Source: Candidatus Scalindua sp. SCAELEC01 (GTDB lineage Bacteria; Planctomycetota; Brocadiia; Brocadiales; Scalinduaceae). From it: a DNA stretch of 32,000 nucleotides. The DNA lies in the NCBI GenBank assembly GCA_004282745.1, contig SHMT01000008.1, forward strand, positions 19,909 through 51,908, read 5' to 3'. Positions 1 through 8,213 of this stretch are shown here, in pieces. A program made the translations under genes and the position numbers. The stretch's first letter is position 1. Every line of letters starts with the position of its first letter. The notes under the pieces were generated by a model. That model searched no databases. It was not told the origin of the DNA and saw only the letters and a program-made list of their open reading frames with translations.

Positions 1-658
1 AACCTAAAATTTGAATCACTTTGATGTCGTAATTCTTATATCGTAAAAAATTTAACCCTTTCCTGTAGACTTCGGGTTCCAACATGAAATCAGATATCAA
101 CACAACGGTACCTCTCGTACTCTTGACATCGTATGCATATTTTACGATAGAATTAAAAAAATCTAGTGTTCCTTCCGGGACAACGTTGTCTAAAAAATCA
201 GATATCTTAAAGATATTTTCCTTCTTCTGGAAAAAGGGTGTTCGGGTATTGAGGATAGAATCACCGTCCGCCAGTTTTGCAACCCTTACGCTATTTTTGC
301 TTGATAAGGCGATATAGCTCAATGCAATCGCAAGGTTCTTTGCATATTCAAATTTTTTGTCCTCTTTCGGAAACAGCATTGACCTACTGGAATCCATAAG
401 GATGTGAACAGAAAGCTCCACCTCTTCTTTAAAGGTTTTTATCAGTAATTTGTCAAGTCTTCCGTAAATATTCCAATCGATATATCGGAAATCATCTCCG
501 GGAACATATTCCTGGTAATCGGCAAATTCGATGCTGCTCCCTCTCTTGTTTACCATTTCATAATTACCTTTTCGGTTTCCAAGATATGTTTTCCTGCATC
601 CGATACATAACGATTCAAGTTTTCGCAGAAAAGTAGCATCAAAAATATCTGCAAGCAT
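1..658 (-). CDS. DUF58 domain protein (vWA-like partner of MoxR ATPases); C-terminal part lies beyond the window start
   Basis: Absent from the ORF track because there is no stop inside the window. My minus-strand translation from ATG at 658 stays open to base 1: MLADIFDATFLRKLE...KRGSSIEFADYQEYVPGDDFRYIDWNIYGRLDKLLIKTFKEEVELSVHILMDSSRSM. The S-x-EF..Y.PGDD.R.IDW block is the DUF58 signature. GAGGGA lies about 9 nt upstream of the ATG. Confidence 0.85.
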   Translation of the reverse strand, partial: MLADIFDATFLRKLESLCIGCRKTYLGNRKGNYEMVNKRGSSIEFADYQEYVPGDDFRYIDWNIYGRLDKLLIKTFKEEVELSVHILMDSSRSMLFPKEDKKFEYAKNLAIALSYIALSSKNSVRVAKLADGDSILNTRTPFFQKKENIFKISDFLDNVVPEGTLDFFNSIVKYAYDVKSTRGTVVLISDFMLEPEVYRKGLNFLRYKNYDIKVIQILG

Positions 659-1001
659 ATAATTATTCCCTCGATTTTGTGCATGACGCACGCCAGAACG
701 AACGTCGGGCTAGCACAACGTATTCAAAATGATTAGATCGCCGCCAGCCAAAATAATAGAACACAAGGATGAACCCGTTCGGAATGGGTCAGACTATTCA
801 CACTTCAGGCGGAAGCGCTAACGCACTTTTTTACCCATCACAAATTGATTATCGCAATGGGTTTCATTCTCATATTATCCGTGACAATTATTATAAATGA
901 GTGGGTCTGTTTTGCAACATAATTCGAAGTGAGAAGGTCGCTATGGAAGGCAGGAATTACAGGAATGGTTAATTGAAAAACACGATAATGCTCTTGTTAG
1001 A

Positions 1002-1361
1002 TTAGTCCAATACTATTGAGGTGAGCGCTTTATTTATTAGTTTGTTTAAGCTTTCACCTTTGCTGATTGCTTTTATTGATAATCTTTCATGTAATTCTGG
1101 CGATAGTCTTAAATGAAGTTTTCCTGAATATTTTTTATTGGCAGTTGGTTTTGGCAGGGGCTGTCCTGATTCATTATATAACTTAATTACTTCTTTTGCT
1201 ACTTGGCAGAGTTCTTTATAAACTTTTTCTTCCTCATCACCATGTATACCGCCATCGATTAGACCTGGTATTCTTCCTATAAAACAATTGTCTTCATCAG
1301 ACCACTCTACAATCTTAATATATTGCGAGGAAACTCTGTCTTTTTTTATATTTTTTTTCAT
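1002..1361 (-). CDS. hicB: HicB-family antitoxin (type II TA)
   Basis: 119 aa. HicB-like N-terminal fold (IKIVEWSDEDNCFIGRIPGL..GIHGDEEE) plus a C-terminal ribbon-helix-helix-like tail (LRLSPELHERLSIKAISKGESLNKLINKAL). The start overlaps the hicA stop in an ATGA at 1358-1361. Confidence 0.8.
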   Translation of the reverse strand: MKKNIKKDRVSSQYIKIVEWSDEDNCFIGRIPGLIDGGIHGDEEEKVYKELCQVAKEVIKLYNESGQPLPKPTANKKYSGKLHLRLSPELHERLSIKAISKGESLNKLINKALTSIVLD

Positions 1362-1555
1362 GATTTTGATTCTTCTATTTTTCTTTTTACATCTCTTTCC
1401 TGATATTTTTTGGCATCACTACCCAATTTACCTGAAAGTGTTATTGGTTTTTTACAGTTGTAATGAACAAAGTTTCTATGGCTTCCCTTACCACCTTTAT
1501 CAATAAAACCTGCCCTTGTAAGGTCCCGTATAAGGTCTTTAATCTTTCTGGGCAT
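1358..1555 (-). CDS. hicA: HicA-family mRNA interferase toxin
   Basis: MPRKIKDLIRDLTRAGFIDKGGKGSHRNFVH is the typical HicA N-terminus. I prefer the ATG at 1555 (Met7 of the 71-aa ORF that runs to 1573). It is translationally coupled to hicB. Confidence 0.8.
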   Translation of the reverse strand: MPRKIKDLIRDLTRAGFIDKGGKGSHRNFVHYNCKKPITLSGKLGSDAKKYQERDVKRKIEESKS

Positions 1556-1582
1556 GACAGTATGATACCACAATGATACCGA

Positions 1583-1981
1583 ATGTCAACGCTGGATATT
1601 AATTTACTTGTCACACATAATGCCGGAGTTGTCCGTTTTGAAGGTGATAAAGATAGGAGAGATCTCTTAAAGCTGTTTGAACATGCCGTAATTTTAGAAT
1701 TTATTAGAGGGATACGTTCTCTAAATGAAGATTACAAACTCTATTATTATTGGCGTACGGCTGGAGGTGCAGAGGTTGATTGTGTTATTGAGACCGGTGC
1801 CTTGTTAATACCTATTGAGATGAAAGCAAGTTCCAGGGTAACGCTGTCAGATGTTCGTGGACTGTTAAGTTTTATTAATTCATATGAAGGGAAAACAGAA
1901 CAGGTGTTTGTCGTAACAAACGGGAGGGTTTCGGAAAAACTGTCGGATATGATTCCGGTCATTCCGTGGAAATATTTGTAA
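1583..1981 (+). pseudogene. C-terminal fragment of an AAA+ ATPase with DUF4143 domain; the Walker-A half is missing
   Basis: The 132-aa ORF aligns by eye with the C-terminus of the intact paralog at 12937-14094 (YYWRTAGGAEVDCVIE..IPIEMKASS versus YYWRSHGGNEVDIFLE..LAIEIKSVK). No ATPase domain lies upstream; hicA begins about 10-28 bp away. Confidence 0.6.
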
Positions 1982-1984
1982 TTG

Positions 1985-2110
1985 GTGTTTGAACAAAAAG
2001 TGCCCGGCTACAAGACGCGTAACAATTTCGTAACCGGAGCGTACTCAAGTACGTGAGGATTACGGAATCGTTACAGTAACGCAGTAGATGGGTAGTTTTC
2101 GTCCAAACAC
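1985..2110. mobile_element. MITE family A, copy A1 (short form, forward)
   Basis: About 126 bp. Terminal inverted repeats GTGTTTGAACAAAAAGT ... AGTTTTCGTCCAAACAC. The interior (CGTAACAATTTCGTAACCGGAGCGTACTCAAGTACGTGAGGATTACGG..GCAGTAGATGG) recurs at 10803, 12483, 14166 and 14778. There is no ORF. Confidence 0.8.
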
Positions 2111-3159
2111 TATCTACTCTCCTTCGCCCTCTCCAGTATATTCTCTATAATGTCTTTTGATTTAATATTATCTGCATCTGCTTCAAAATTTAAGAGCAAT
2201 CTGTGGTTAAGTGAAGCGACCGCAACCTTATCAACATCATCGTAGCTTATGTTTGCCCTGTTGTCTAAAAGGGCCATCACCTTTGCAGCCAACACAACAG
2301 ACTGTGCACCCCGAGGACTTGACCCAAAGGTCACATACCGCTTAATAAGGTCTATGGTATCGTCTCGCTCTACGGTCTGGCTGCTCACCTTCAGATTATC
2401 TGGATGTGTCATCGATATGATGTTTACAACATAATCCTCTACTTTCGATGAAACTAAGACGTTTCTCACCAACTTTTTCATTTCTGCAACCTTTTTTGCA
2501 GCATGTTTGGGATCAAACACCGGTTGAATGGCATATTTCTCGTTGACGGTCGTCTGGCGTAATATCTCCTTTAGTTCATTGTTATTTGGGAAAGCGAGGT
2601 TAACTTTAACGAAAAACCTGTCCAGCTGAGCCTCTGGTAAAGTGTACGTACCTTCCATCTCAATTGGATTTTGGGTCGCCAAAACAAAAAAAGGGTTTAC
2701 CAATTTATGGGTCTTACCGGAGACCGTGACCTGCCCCTCTTCCATAGCCTCCAACATGGCAGATTGTGTTTTCGGCGTTGCGCGATTAATTTCGTCAGCA
2801 AGGATAATGTTAGAGAATATGGGGCCTGCAGAAAACTCAAATTCCTTTATCCCCCCACTCCTTTCAACGACTATCTGAGTACCAACAATATCTGCCGGCA
2901 TCAGGTCAGGCGTAAACTGTATTCTGCTGAAATCGAATCCGAGTGCCTTGCTTAAAGATTTTACCAGTGAGGTCTTACCTAATCCGGGAACCCCTTCGAG
3001 AAGAACATGCCCGCCGGCAAAAAAAGCTGTCAAGACCGCCTCTATGATATCTTTGTTTCCCACTATCTCTTTGCCAATCTCATCACATAGATCACGAAAG
3101 ACCTTTTGAAAACTCTCTATCTCTTCCTTTATGCCAATCGCATCTTCATTAGTATGCAT
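2110..3159 (-). CDS. MoxR-family AAA+ ATPase
   Basis: Walker A GVPGLGKT and Walker B ILADEINRA, with MoxR-type length and C-terminus. The ORF is open to 3195, but MHTNED at 3159 has GAGGAG upstream. Confidence 0.9.
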   Translation of the reverse strand: MHTNEDAIGIKEEIESFQKVFRDLCDEIGKEIVGNKDIIEAVLTAFFAGGHVLLEGVPGLGKTSLVKSLSKALGFDFSRIQFTPDLMPADIVGTQIVVERSGGIKEFEFSAGPIFSNIILADEINRATPKTQSAMLEAMEEGQVTVSGKTHKLVNPFFVLATQNPIEMEGTYTLPEAQLDRFFVKVNLAFPNNNELKEILRQTTVNEKYAIQPVFDPKHAAKKVAEMKKLVRNVLVSSKVEDYVVNIISMTHPDNLKVSSQTVERDDTIDLIKRYVTFGSSPRGAQSVVLAAKVMALLDNRANISYDDVDKVAVASLNHRLLLNFEADADNIKSKDIIENILERAKESR

Positions 3160-3239
3160 AGTTACCTGTTTCTCCTCTGCTGAAAAAAAAATCACCTCCG
3201 TACTCTGAACAGCTTCCTTAAGCTCCGAAAAATAACAAC

Positions 3240-3297
3240 GTATTAGGGTAAACCCACCACAAATTGAAACTAATTTGTGGTGGGTTTACCCTAATAC
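3240..3297 (-). terminator. Perfect 26-bp stem hairpin between the giant ORF and moxR; on the minus strand it is followed by TTGTTATTTTT
   Basis: GTATTAGGGTAAACCCACCACAAATT / GAAACT loop / AATTTGTGGTGGGTTTACCCTAATAC, read directly from the sequence. It occurs once in the window. Confidence 0.5.
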
Positions 3298-3302
3298 TCC
3301 CC

Positions 3303-6300
3303 CTACTCCTTCTCAGTATAAATCTTCTTGATTATATCTTCATATTCTAGTGGTATTGAAGTATTCTCTATTGCATCATCTTCCGCTTGCTGGGTACTGA
3401 GTTCTGCCTCATCATCGTAACCAACAGTCGGTAACCTCCTTTTCACAGAAGACTCTCCCTTGCCAGAAGATATTGATTCCCTTTTTGTTCCGCTTTCGTC
3501 TTTCGTCCCCTTTACCTTAAGTCCAAACTTTTGAGCATCCGTTGACGAGTCGATTTTTTGAGGTTCGGAAGAGTAGAGCTCGCCCCCCGATTGACTTCCA
3601 CCTGGTCCTTCCGTCTCTTTAATGCTCCCCTCCAGCTGCCTGGCCCCTTTATCTGTCTCTGATTCAACACCCCTCTGTTTCTGCTGCGCTAAATCCTTCA
3701 TATCCTCATGCTTCCCCTCATCTGCACCTTGAGACCCACTCTTACCAGATGAATCAACCCCCATTTGCTTCTCAAGGTCTGATATTTGAGTAGAGAGATC
3801 TTTCATTTGATTTGATATTTCTCTCTTTAAGTCTGCAACATCCATTTTTTCATCTTGAGTACCAGCTTTTTGGCCAGGATCGGAACCAGCCTTTTGCCCC
3901 GCTTTGGTCCCAGATTCTGATCCTGCCTGCTGGCCCGCTTCGCTTCCCGGCTCTTGACCAGCCTTCTGACCCAGTTCGGTCCCCGCCTTCTGGCCACTCT
4001 GACTACCTGATTCCTGACCAGATTCTGTGCCAGACTTTTTGCCAGCTTGGTTTCCCGATTCTTGCCCTGTCTTCTGGCCGGTTTGCTGACCTGCCTCTGC
4101 TCCTGCTTGCTGACCAGCTTCTGCTCCGGCCTGTTGACCCGCTTTCTGTCCGGCCTGTTGACCCGCATCTGCACCTGCCTGTTGACCTGCTTCTGCTCCT
4201 GCCTGTTGACCCGCTTCTGCTCTTGCTTGCTGGCCTGCTTTCTGGCCGGCCTCTTGACCCGCATCTGCACCCGCTTGCTGACCAGCTTTCTGGCCGGCCT
4301 GTTGCCCCGCCTCTGCACCTGCCTGCTGACCCGCTTTCTGCCCAGCCTGTTGACCTGCTTCTGCTCCTGCCTGTTGGCCAGCCTTCTGCCCGGCCTGCTG
4401 CCCTGCCTCTGCTCCTGCCTGCTGACCAGCCTTGTGCCCGGCCTGTTGACCAGCTTCTGCTCCTGCTTGCTGTCCCGCTTGTTGCCCTGCCTCTGCCCCG
4501 GCCTGTTGACCTGCTTTCTGGCCGGCTTCTTGACCCGCTTCTGCTCCGGCCTGTTGCCCTGCCTCTGCCCCTGCCTGCTGGCCTGCTTTCTGTCCAGCTT
4601 GTTGCCCTGCCTCTGCACCAGCCTGTTGACCTGCTTCTGCTCCTGCCTGTTGACCCGCTTTCTGCCCAGCTTGTTGCCCTGCCTCTGCACCCACCTGCTG
4701 ACCCGATTTCTGTTCTGCCTGCTGGCCTGCCTCTGCCCCCGCCTGCTGGCCGGCTTTCTGGCCAGCTTGTTGCCCTGCTTCTACACCAGCCTTCTGACCA
4801 CTCTCACTGTCCGAATCCTGGCCAGATTCTGTGCCTGACTTTTTATCCGCCTCGCTTCCCGATTCCTGTCCAGACTTCTGACCACTCTCACTGCCCGAAT
4901 CTTGACCCGATTCTGTACCGGTCTTTTGACCCGATTCGCTTCCCGATTCCTGTCCAGACTTCTGACCACTCTCACTGCCCGAATCCTGACCCGATTCTGT
5001 GCCTGACTTTTGACCCGATTCGCTTCCCGATTCCTGTCCAGACTCCCGACCACTCTCACTGCCCGAAGACTGGCCCGATTCTGTGCCGGACTCTTGACCC
5101 GCTTCGCTCCCCGATTCCTGTCCAGACTTCGATCCACCATTCTCACCGGCCTCTTTTTGTTCAGCGCCTGCCGTATCTGCATCCATTGGTGTTTGAGATG
5201 CAGATGGACCTGAACCATTTGGACTACCCTCTTCGTTCGAATCCCCTTTGTCTGAATCTTCACCCTTCATTTCTGAGCTACCACCCTGTTGCGATTTGGA
5301 TTCTGGTCCACTTTCCTCTTCCAAATCGGAAGGTGCAGATGAAGATTTTTCAGATTTTCGGGGCTCACTAGTTGGCCCCTCTTGTGATGATTCACTCTGG
5401 GAAGAATCGGAGGTCTCTTTGGACGGAGACGATTCTGTTTCTGCTTGCCCCGTCTTGTTTTGTTGGGCATCACCTTGATCTTTGTTCATATCTTCTATAG
5501 GAATATCCATTGGCGGGGCGCTATTTTTATCTTTATTTGACATGAACAGTTGTGCCAGTTTTTGCAGTAATTTTGACTTAGGCGCCTTGGGTTTCTCCTC
5601 CTCTTGTTTACTCTCAGGTGGTTTTTCTTGAGGAGTCTCTTTGTCTGGAGTGGCAGCATCTGCTGTCTTTGGTTGCTCCTCCTCGTTCTTTGGACTTTCA
5701 GACGGTTCGCTTTTAGGCTTTTCATTCTCCTGTGGGGAAGCATCCGCACTTTTATTCTCCTCACGCTCCTTTCTGTCCGTTGGTTTCTTATCCCTTTCCG
5801 CCGTCTGCTTTGACTGTTTATCTCTCTGTTCGTTCTCTTTTTTATCCAGATCAGAAACTTCTGCATCTTTACTCTTGTTTTCACTACCAGGTTGTGTTTT
5901 ATTCTCAAGATTATTCAGGGTATTGTTAAGTTTACTCAGCAACTCAGAAACCTCTTCTTCCAACGTCTTCGGTCCTTTCTGCTGTTCACTTATCTCCGAT
6001 AGAGACTCTTCCTTGTCTTTATCCTTTTGTGCCTGTAACTGGTTTTTCTCTTCTCCCCCTTGTTCTTGTTTCGTTTTTTCACTCTTGGCATCAGCGAGTT
6101 CACGCTCTTCCCGTTCACTCTGAGACTCTTCTGAGTGCTCCTCTTGTTTCGCCACCTGCTCTTCTTCCGCACTTTTATCCTTCTCCTCTTGGCCCTCAGG
6201 TTGACCAGGCTCTTCTCCCCTCTCTTTTGAGTCCGATATCTCTGCGACTGAATCTCTTATCTCTTGAACAATTTCCACTGTCTTTTCCGGATAGATAATG

Positions 6301-6842
6301 GGAAGAAGAAGCAATAGTAATAGCAGTATGGCGACAGGAATTAATACTTTTGTTACCCCGGGAAGTTTGTGTGGAATGGTCGCCTTTATGCCTTTATCAT
6401 CAAGCTGAGTGGTAATATCAGCAACAAGCATATCTAAAAACCTGTTTGACTCTTCCTGGTCTGCATACTCTAAACCCGTAACAAGTCGCTCCTTAAAATG
6501 CATCTCTTCGTCTAAGAGGCTCGCCGCCTCCAATTTTCCGATCCAATTGATAATAATAAATGCGAGGGTGACAAAGAAATATATCGTGAATGCTGAGATC
6601 AGGATAAGGGGTATGTAAGAGGGTAGCTCGATAAATTTCTGGGCAATAAGTGTGACCAGGGCTATCGTTAGACCAATTGCCAGAACGGTAAAGAGTGCTT
6701 TTTCACACCTAAAAAGGTTGTATCTGAAGCGAACCTTCTCAACTCTCTCTTCAATTTGCTTTTTAGAAGTTTTCACCTCTTGACGGCTCACGTTATTGTC
6801 ATCAATTTCCATATTCTTTTCCTTATTTGCGTATTTTTTCAT
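3303..6842 (-). CDS. Giant membrane-anchored low-complexity protein (three predicted TM helices, then about 950 aa of acidic/polar disorder including [S/A]G-x-x repeats); function unknown
   Basis: A single uninterrupted ORF (maximal 3303-6971, 1222 aa). Hydrophobic segments: ALFTVLAIGLTIALVTLIA, YIPLILISAFTIYFFVTLAFIIINWI and VLIPVAILLLLLLLLPIIY. Probable starts are 6842 (MKKYANK) or 6812 (MEIDDNN, with AAGGA upstream). The first 43 codons of the maximal ORF look non-coding and contain a 9-bp inverted repeat. Confidence 0.75.
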   Translation of the reverse strand: MKKYANKEKNMEIDDNNVSRQEVKTSKKQIEERVEKVRFRYNLFRCEKALFTVLAIGLTIALVTLIAQKFIELPSYIPLILISAFTIYFFVTLAFIIINWIGKLEAASLLDEEMHFKERLVTGLEYADQEESNRFLDMLVADITTQLDDKGIKATIPHKLPGVTKVLIPVAILLLLLLLLPIIYPEKTVEIVQEIRDSVAEISDSKERGEEPGQPEGQEEKDKSAEEEQVAKQEEHSEESQSEREERELADAKSEKTKQEQGGEEKNQLQAQKDKDKEESLSEISEQQKGPKTLEEEVSELLSKLNNTLNNLENKTQPGSENKSKDAEVSDLDKKENEQRDKQSKQTAERDKKPTDRKEREENKSADASPQENEKPKSEPSESPKNEEEQPKTADAATPDKETPQEKPPESKQEEEKPKAPKSKLLQKLAQLFMSNKDKNSAPPMDIPIEDMNKDQGDAQQNKTGQAETESSPSKETSDSSQSESSQEGPTSEPRKSEKSSSAPSDLEEESGPESKSQQGGSSEMKGEDSDKGDSNEEGSPNGSGPSASQTPMDADTAGAEQKEAGENGGSKSGQESGSEAGQESGTESGQSSGSESGRESGQESGSESGQKSGTESGQDSGSESGQKSGQESGSESGQKTGTESGQDSGSESGQKSGQESGSEADKKSGTESGQDSDSESGQKAGVEAGQQAGQKAGQQAGAEAGQQAEQKSGQQVGAEAGQQAGQKAGQQAGAEAGQQAGAEAGQQAGQKAGQQAGAEAGQQAGAEAGQEAGQKAGQQAGAEAGQQAGQQAGAEAGQQAGHKAGQQAGAEAGQQAGQKAGQQAGAEAGQQAGQKAGQQAGAEAGQQAGQKAGQQAGADAGQEAGQKAGQQARAEAGQQAGAEAGQQAGADAGQQAGQKAGQQAGAEAGQQAGAEAGQQTGQKTGQESGNQAGKKSGTESGQESGSQSGQKAGTELGQKAGQEPGSEAGQQAGSESGTKAGQKAGSDPGQKAGTQDEKMDVADLKREISNQMKDLSTQISDLEKQMGVDSSGKSGSQGADEGKHEDMKDLAQQKQRGVESETDKGARQLEGSIKETEGPGGSQSGGELYSSEPQKIDSSTDAQKFGLKVKGTKDESGTKRESISSGKGESSVKRRLPTVGYDDEAELSTQQAEDDAIENTSIPLEYEDIIKKIYTEKE
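3855..5135 (-). repeat. In-frame tandem tetrapeptide-repeat region of the giant ORF (12/24/48-bp periodicity)
   Basis: The protein reads SGSESGQKSGQESGSESGQKSGTESGQD..., then many AGQQAGAEAGQQAGQK units, then mixed S/A units. It ends at the Gln codon 3855-3857 just before DEKMDVADL. This is roughly 100 tetrads of the form [SA]-G-[QSTA]-[QEKD]. Confidence 0.9.
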
Positions 6843-6880
6843 AAAAAGAGAGACATTACCAGTTAAAAAGCGGTAGATCT

Positions 6881-6917
6881 TTACGCATTGACAGCGTTTA
6901 GGAACGATAATGCGTAA
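6881..6917 (-). promoter_or_regulatory. 9-bp inverted repeat TTACGCATT-N19-AATGCGTAA upstream of the likely giant-ORF start (candidate operator or 5'UTR hairpin)
   Basis: Seen directly, 40-75 nt upstream of ATG 6842. It has no known binding-site identity. Confidence 0.2.
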
Positions 6918-7177
6918 AATAACACGCAAGTGGAAGGATTGAATCTCCATTTCAGCATTGATGTAATCCATTAGCCATTTTGGCAGGTGAACATCTGCAA
7001 GTTGAGTAGTGCCAACGAAAACCCTACCCTTTGAAGAAATGGACCTCTCTTTTGGTGAAAAGGAGATATGTCTTTTAATACTAGTTGGGGAGAAAGGAAC
7101 AAATCAGGCTGTAAGAGTAACTGAGCTTATCCTTCGGCACCCGCTGATTGGGCACGTCCCGGCTGAGAGACAGAGCG

Positions 7178-7345
7178 TTATACTGATCTCATAATGGTTT
7201 TCGGATAAAATCTGAAAAAAAAACGGAGCAAGTTAAGCCCTCGGACCCTTTGTCCGGGGATAACGACCCGCCTGAACGACGTGTCGGGCAGGCAACCGCG
7301 ATTTGGTTTTCATCAAAACCGAAAACCAAATCGACTTGAGTATAT
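7178..7345. mobile_element. MITE family B, copy B1 (reverse orientation)
   Basis: About 168 bp sharing termini (ATATACT..GGTTTTCGG / CCGAAAACCATTATGAGAT.AGTATA) and interior with 12606-12749 and 24102-24299. It is non-coding and sits between the lipoprotein gene and the giant ORF. Confidence 0.75.
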
Positions 7346-7380
7346 GTCAACGTTGAATTGCTTTTCTATTTGTTGATCTC

Positions 7381-7878
7381 TTATTCATAGTGCGCTGGAA
7401 TCCATGTCTTCTCTTCGTATTCATTCCAATTTCCCGAAGGTACAAGTCTATCTTCATAGTGGCCCTCGATCCTTCGGTCACCGTCAACACGTTCTTCTAC
7501 CCAGACTCTCTCTTTTTTTGACGTATCGACCCACTCCCTCTTTTTTACATATTCATAGTGGCCTTCAATATAATTCTTCCCTTGGCCGGAGCTAGATTGC
7601 CTTTCAAGCTCAAGCTGTCTTTGCATATCAGCCCGTTCTCGATCTTCCCTTTTTTTATCCATACTGTCTCCAACCAAGGCCCCTCCCAAAGCTCCTGCAC
7701 CGGCACCGATAGCGGCGCCGAGAGCAGGATCACCGACAATTGCACCGATACCCGCCCCGAGCGCTGCTCCTACCCCGGTTCCAACACCCGCACTTTTTTG
7801 TGTAGTTGTCAAACAACCTGCGGTAAGGATTGATACTACCGCCATGCCAATTACGAAAAGAAATACTTTGCGATTCAT
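7381..7878 (-). CDS. Glycine-zipper lipoprotein
   Basis: Signal peptide with lipobox LTAGC. Glycine-zipper stretch GVGTGVGAALGAGIGAIVGDPALGAAIGAGAGALGGALVGD. The C-terminus has repeated EGHYE..W motifs. Confidence 0.75.
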   Translation of the reverse strand: MNRKVFLFVIGMAVVSILTAGCLTTTQKSAGVGTGVGAALGAGIGAIVGDPALGAAIGAGAGALGGALVGDSMDKKREDRERADMQRQLELERQSSSGQGKNYIEGHYEYVKKREWVDTSKKERVWVEERVDGDRRIEGHYEDRLVPSGNWNEYEEKTWIPAHYE

Positions 7879-7952
7879 CTGTTTTCTCCGACAAGGATAA
7901 AAGGTTACACTATCTAAATATACTACAATGGCCCAGAATAACTAAAACAATT

Positions 7953-7977
7953 GCAAAAACCTAACCGGACACTACCG
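7953..7977. repeat. Solo terminal repeat of MITE family C
   Basis: GCAAAAACCTAACCGGACACTACCG matches the right TIR of 11752-11940 (GTAAAAACCTAACCGGACGCTACTG). The rest of the element is absent. Confidence 0.55.
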
Positions 7978-8213
7978 AGACTGAACATACTTTGCGGATA
8001 AATTCTTTTAATGGCTGAGGCTGTAAATCGCTTTAGCCTCCTACCTAGAAACGATGAGACATACAGAAAAATCCTTCCTCTATCAATCTAAGCGAAACCA
8101 TTTGAGCCCCTAACCTTATAAACACCCTCGCAGGATGTTTTGTTCCGCAGTGATGCTATCAAAAGGGTAGATTATTGTCAATATTATTTGTAATGGTTGT
8201 TATTACCAAACCT

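Noticed and set aside
84-317. 77-aa plus-strand ORF at the left edge
   Set aside because: It is antisense to the DUF58 coding frame, which has a clear family signature and is open across the whole region.
3855-5135. Periodic repeats that might be called a CRISPR array or a non-coding satellite
   Set aside because: There is no alternation of constant repeats with unique spacers. The period is 12/24 bp, the region is in frame, and it sits within one long ORF.
3812-5371. Long alternative-frame ORFs over the repeat region (3812-5371 plus, 3827-4690 minus, 4047-4838 plus, 4781-5263 minus, 5641-6123 plus and others)
   Set aside because: They are shadow frames of the 12-bp periodic coding repeat. 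Their products are Leu/Pro/Arg low-complexity strings, and they lack starts with an RBS. All are nested inside the single 3.6-kb ORF that carries TM helices and a structured C-terminus.
8017-8040. Hairpin GAGGCT-N12-AGCCTC downstream of the MBL hydrolase gene as a terminator
   Set aside because: The stem is short (6 bp) and there is no T-tract on either strand.
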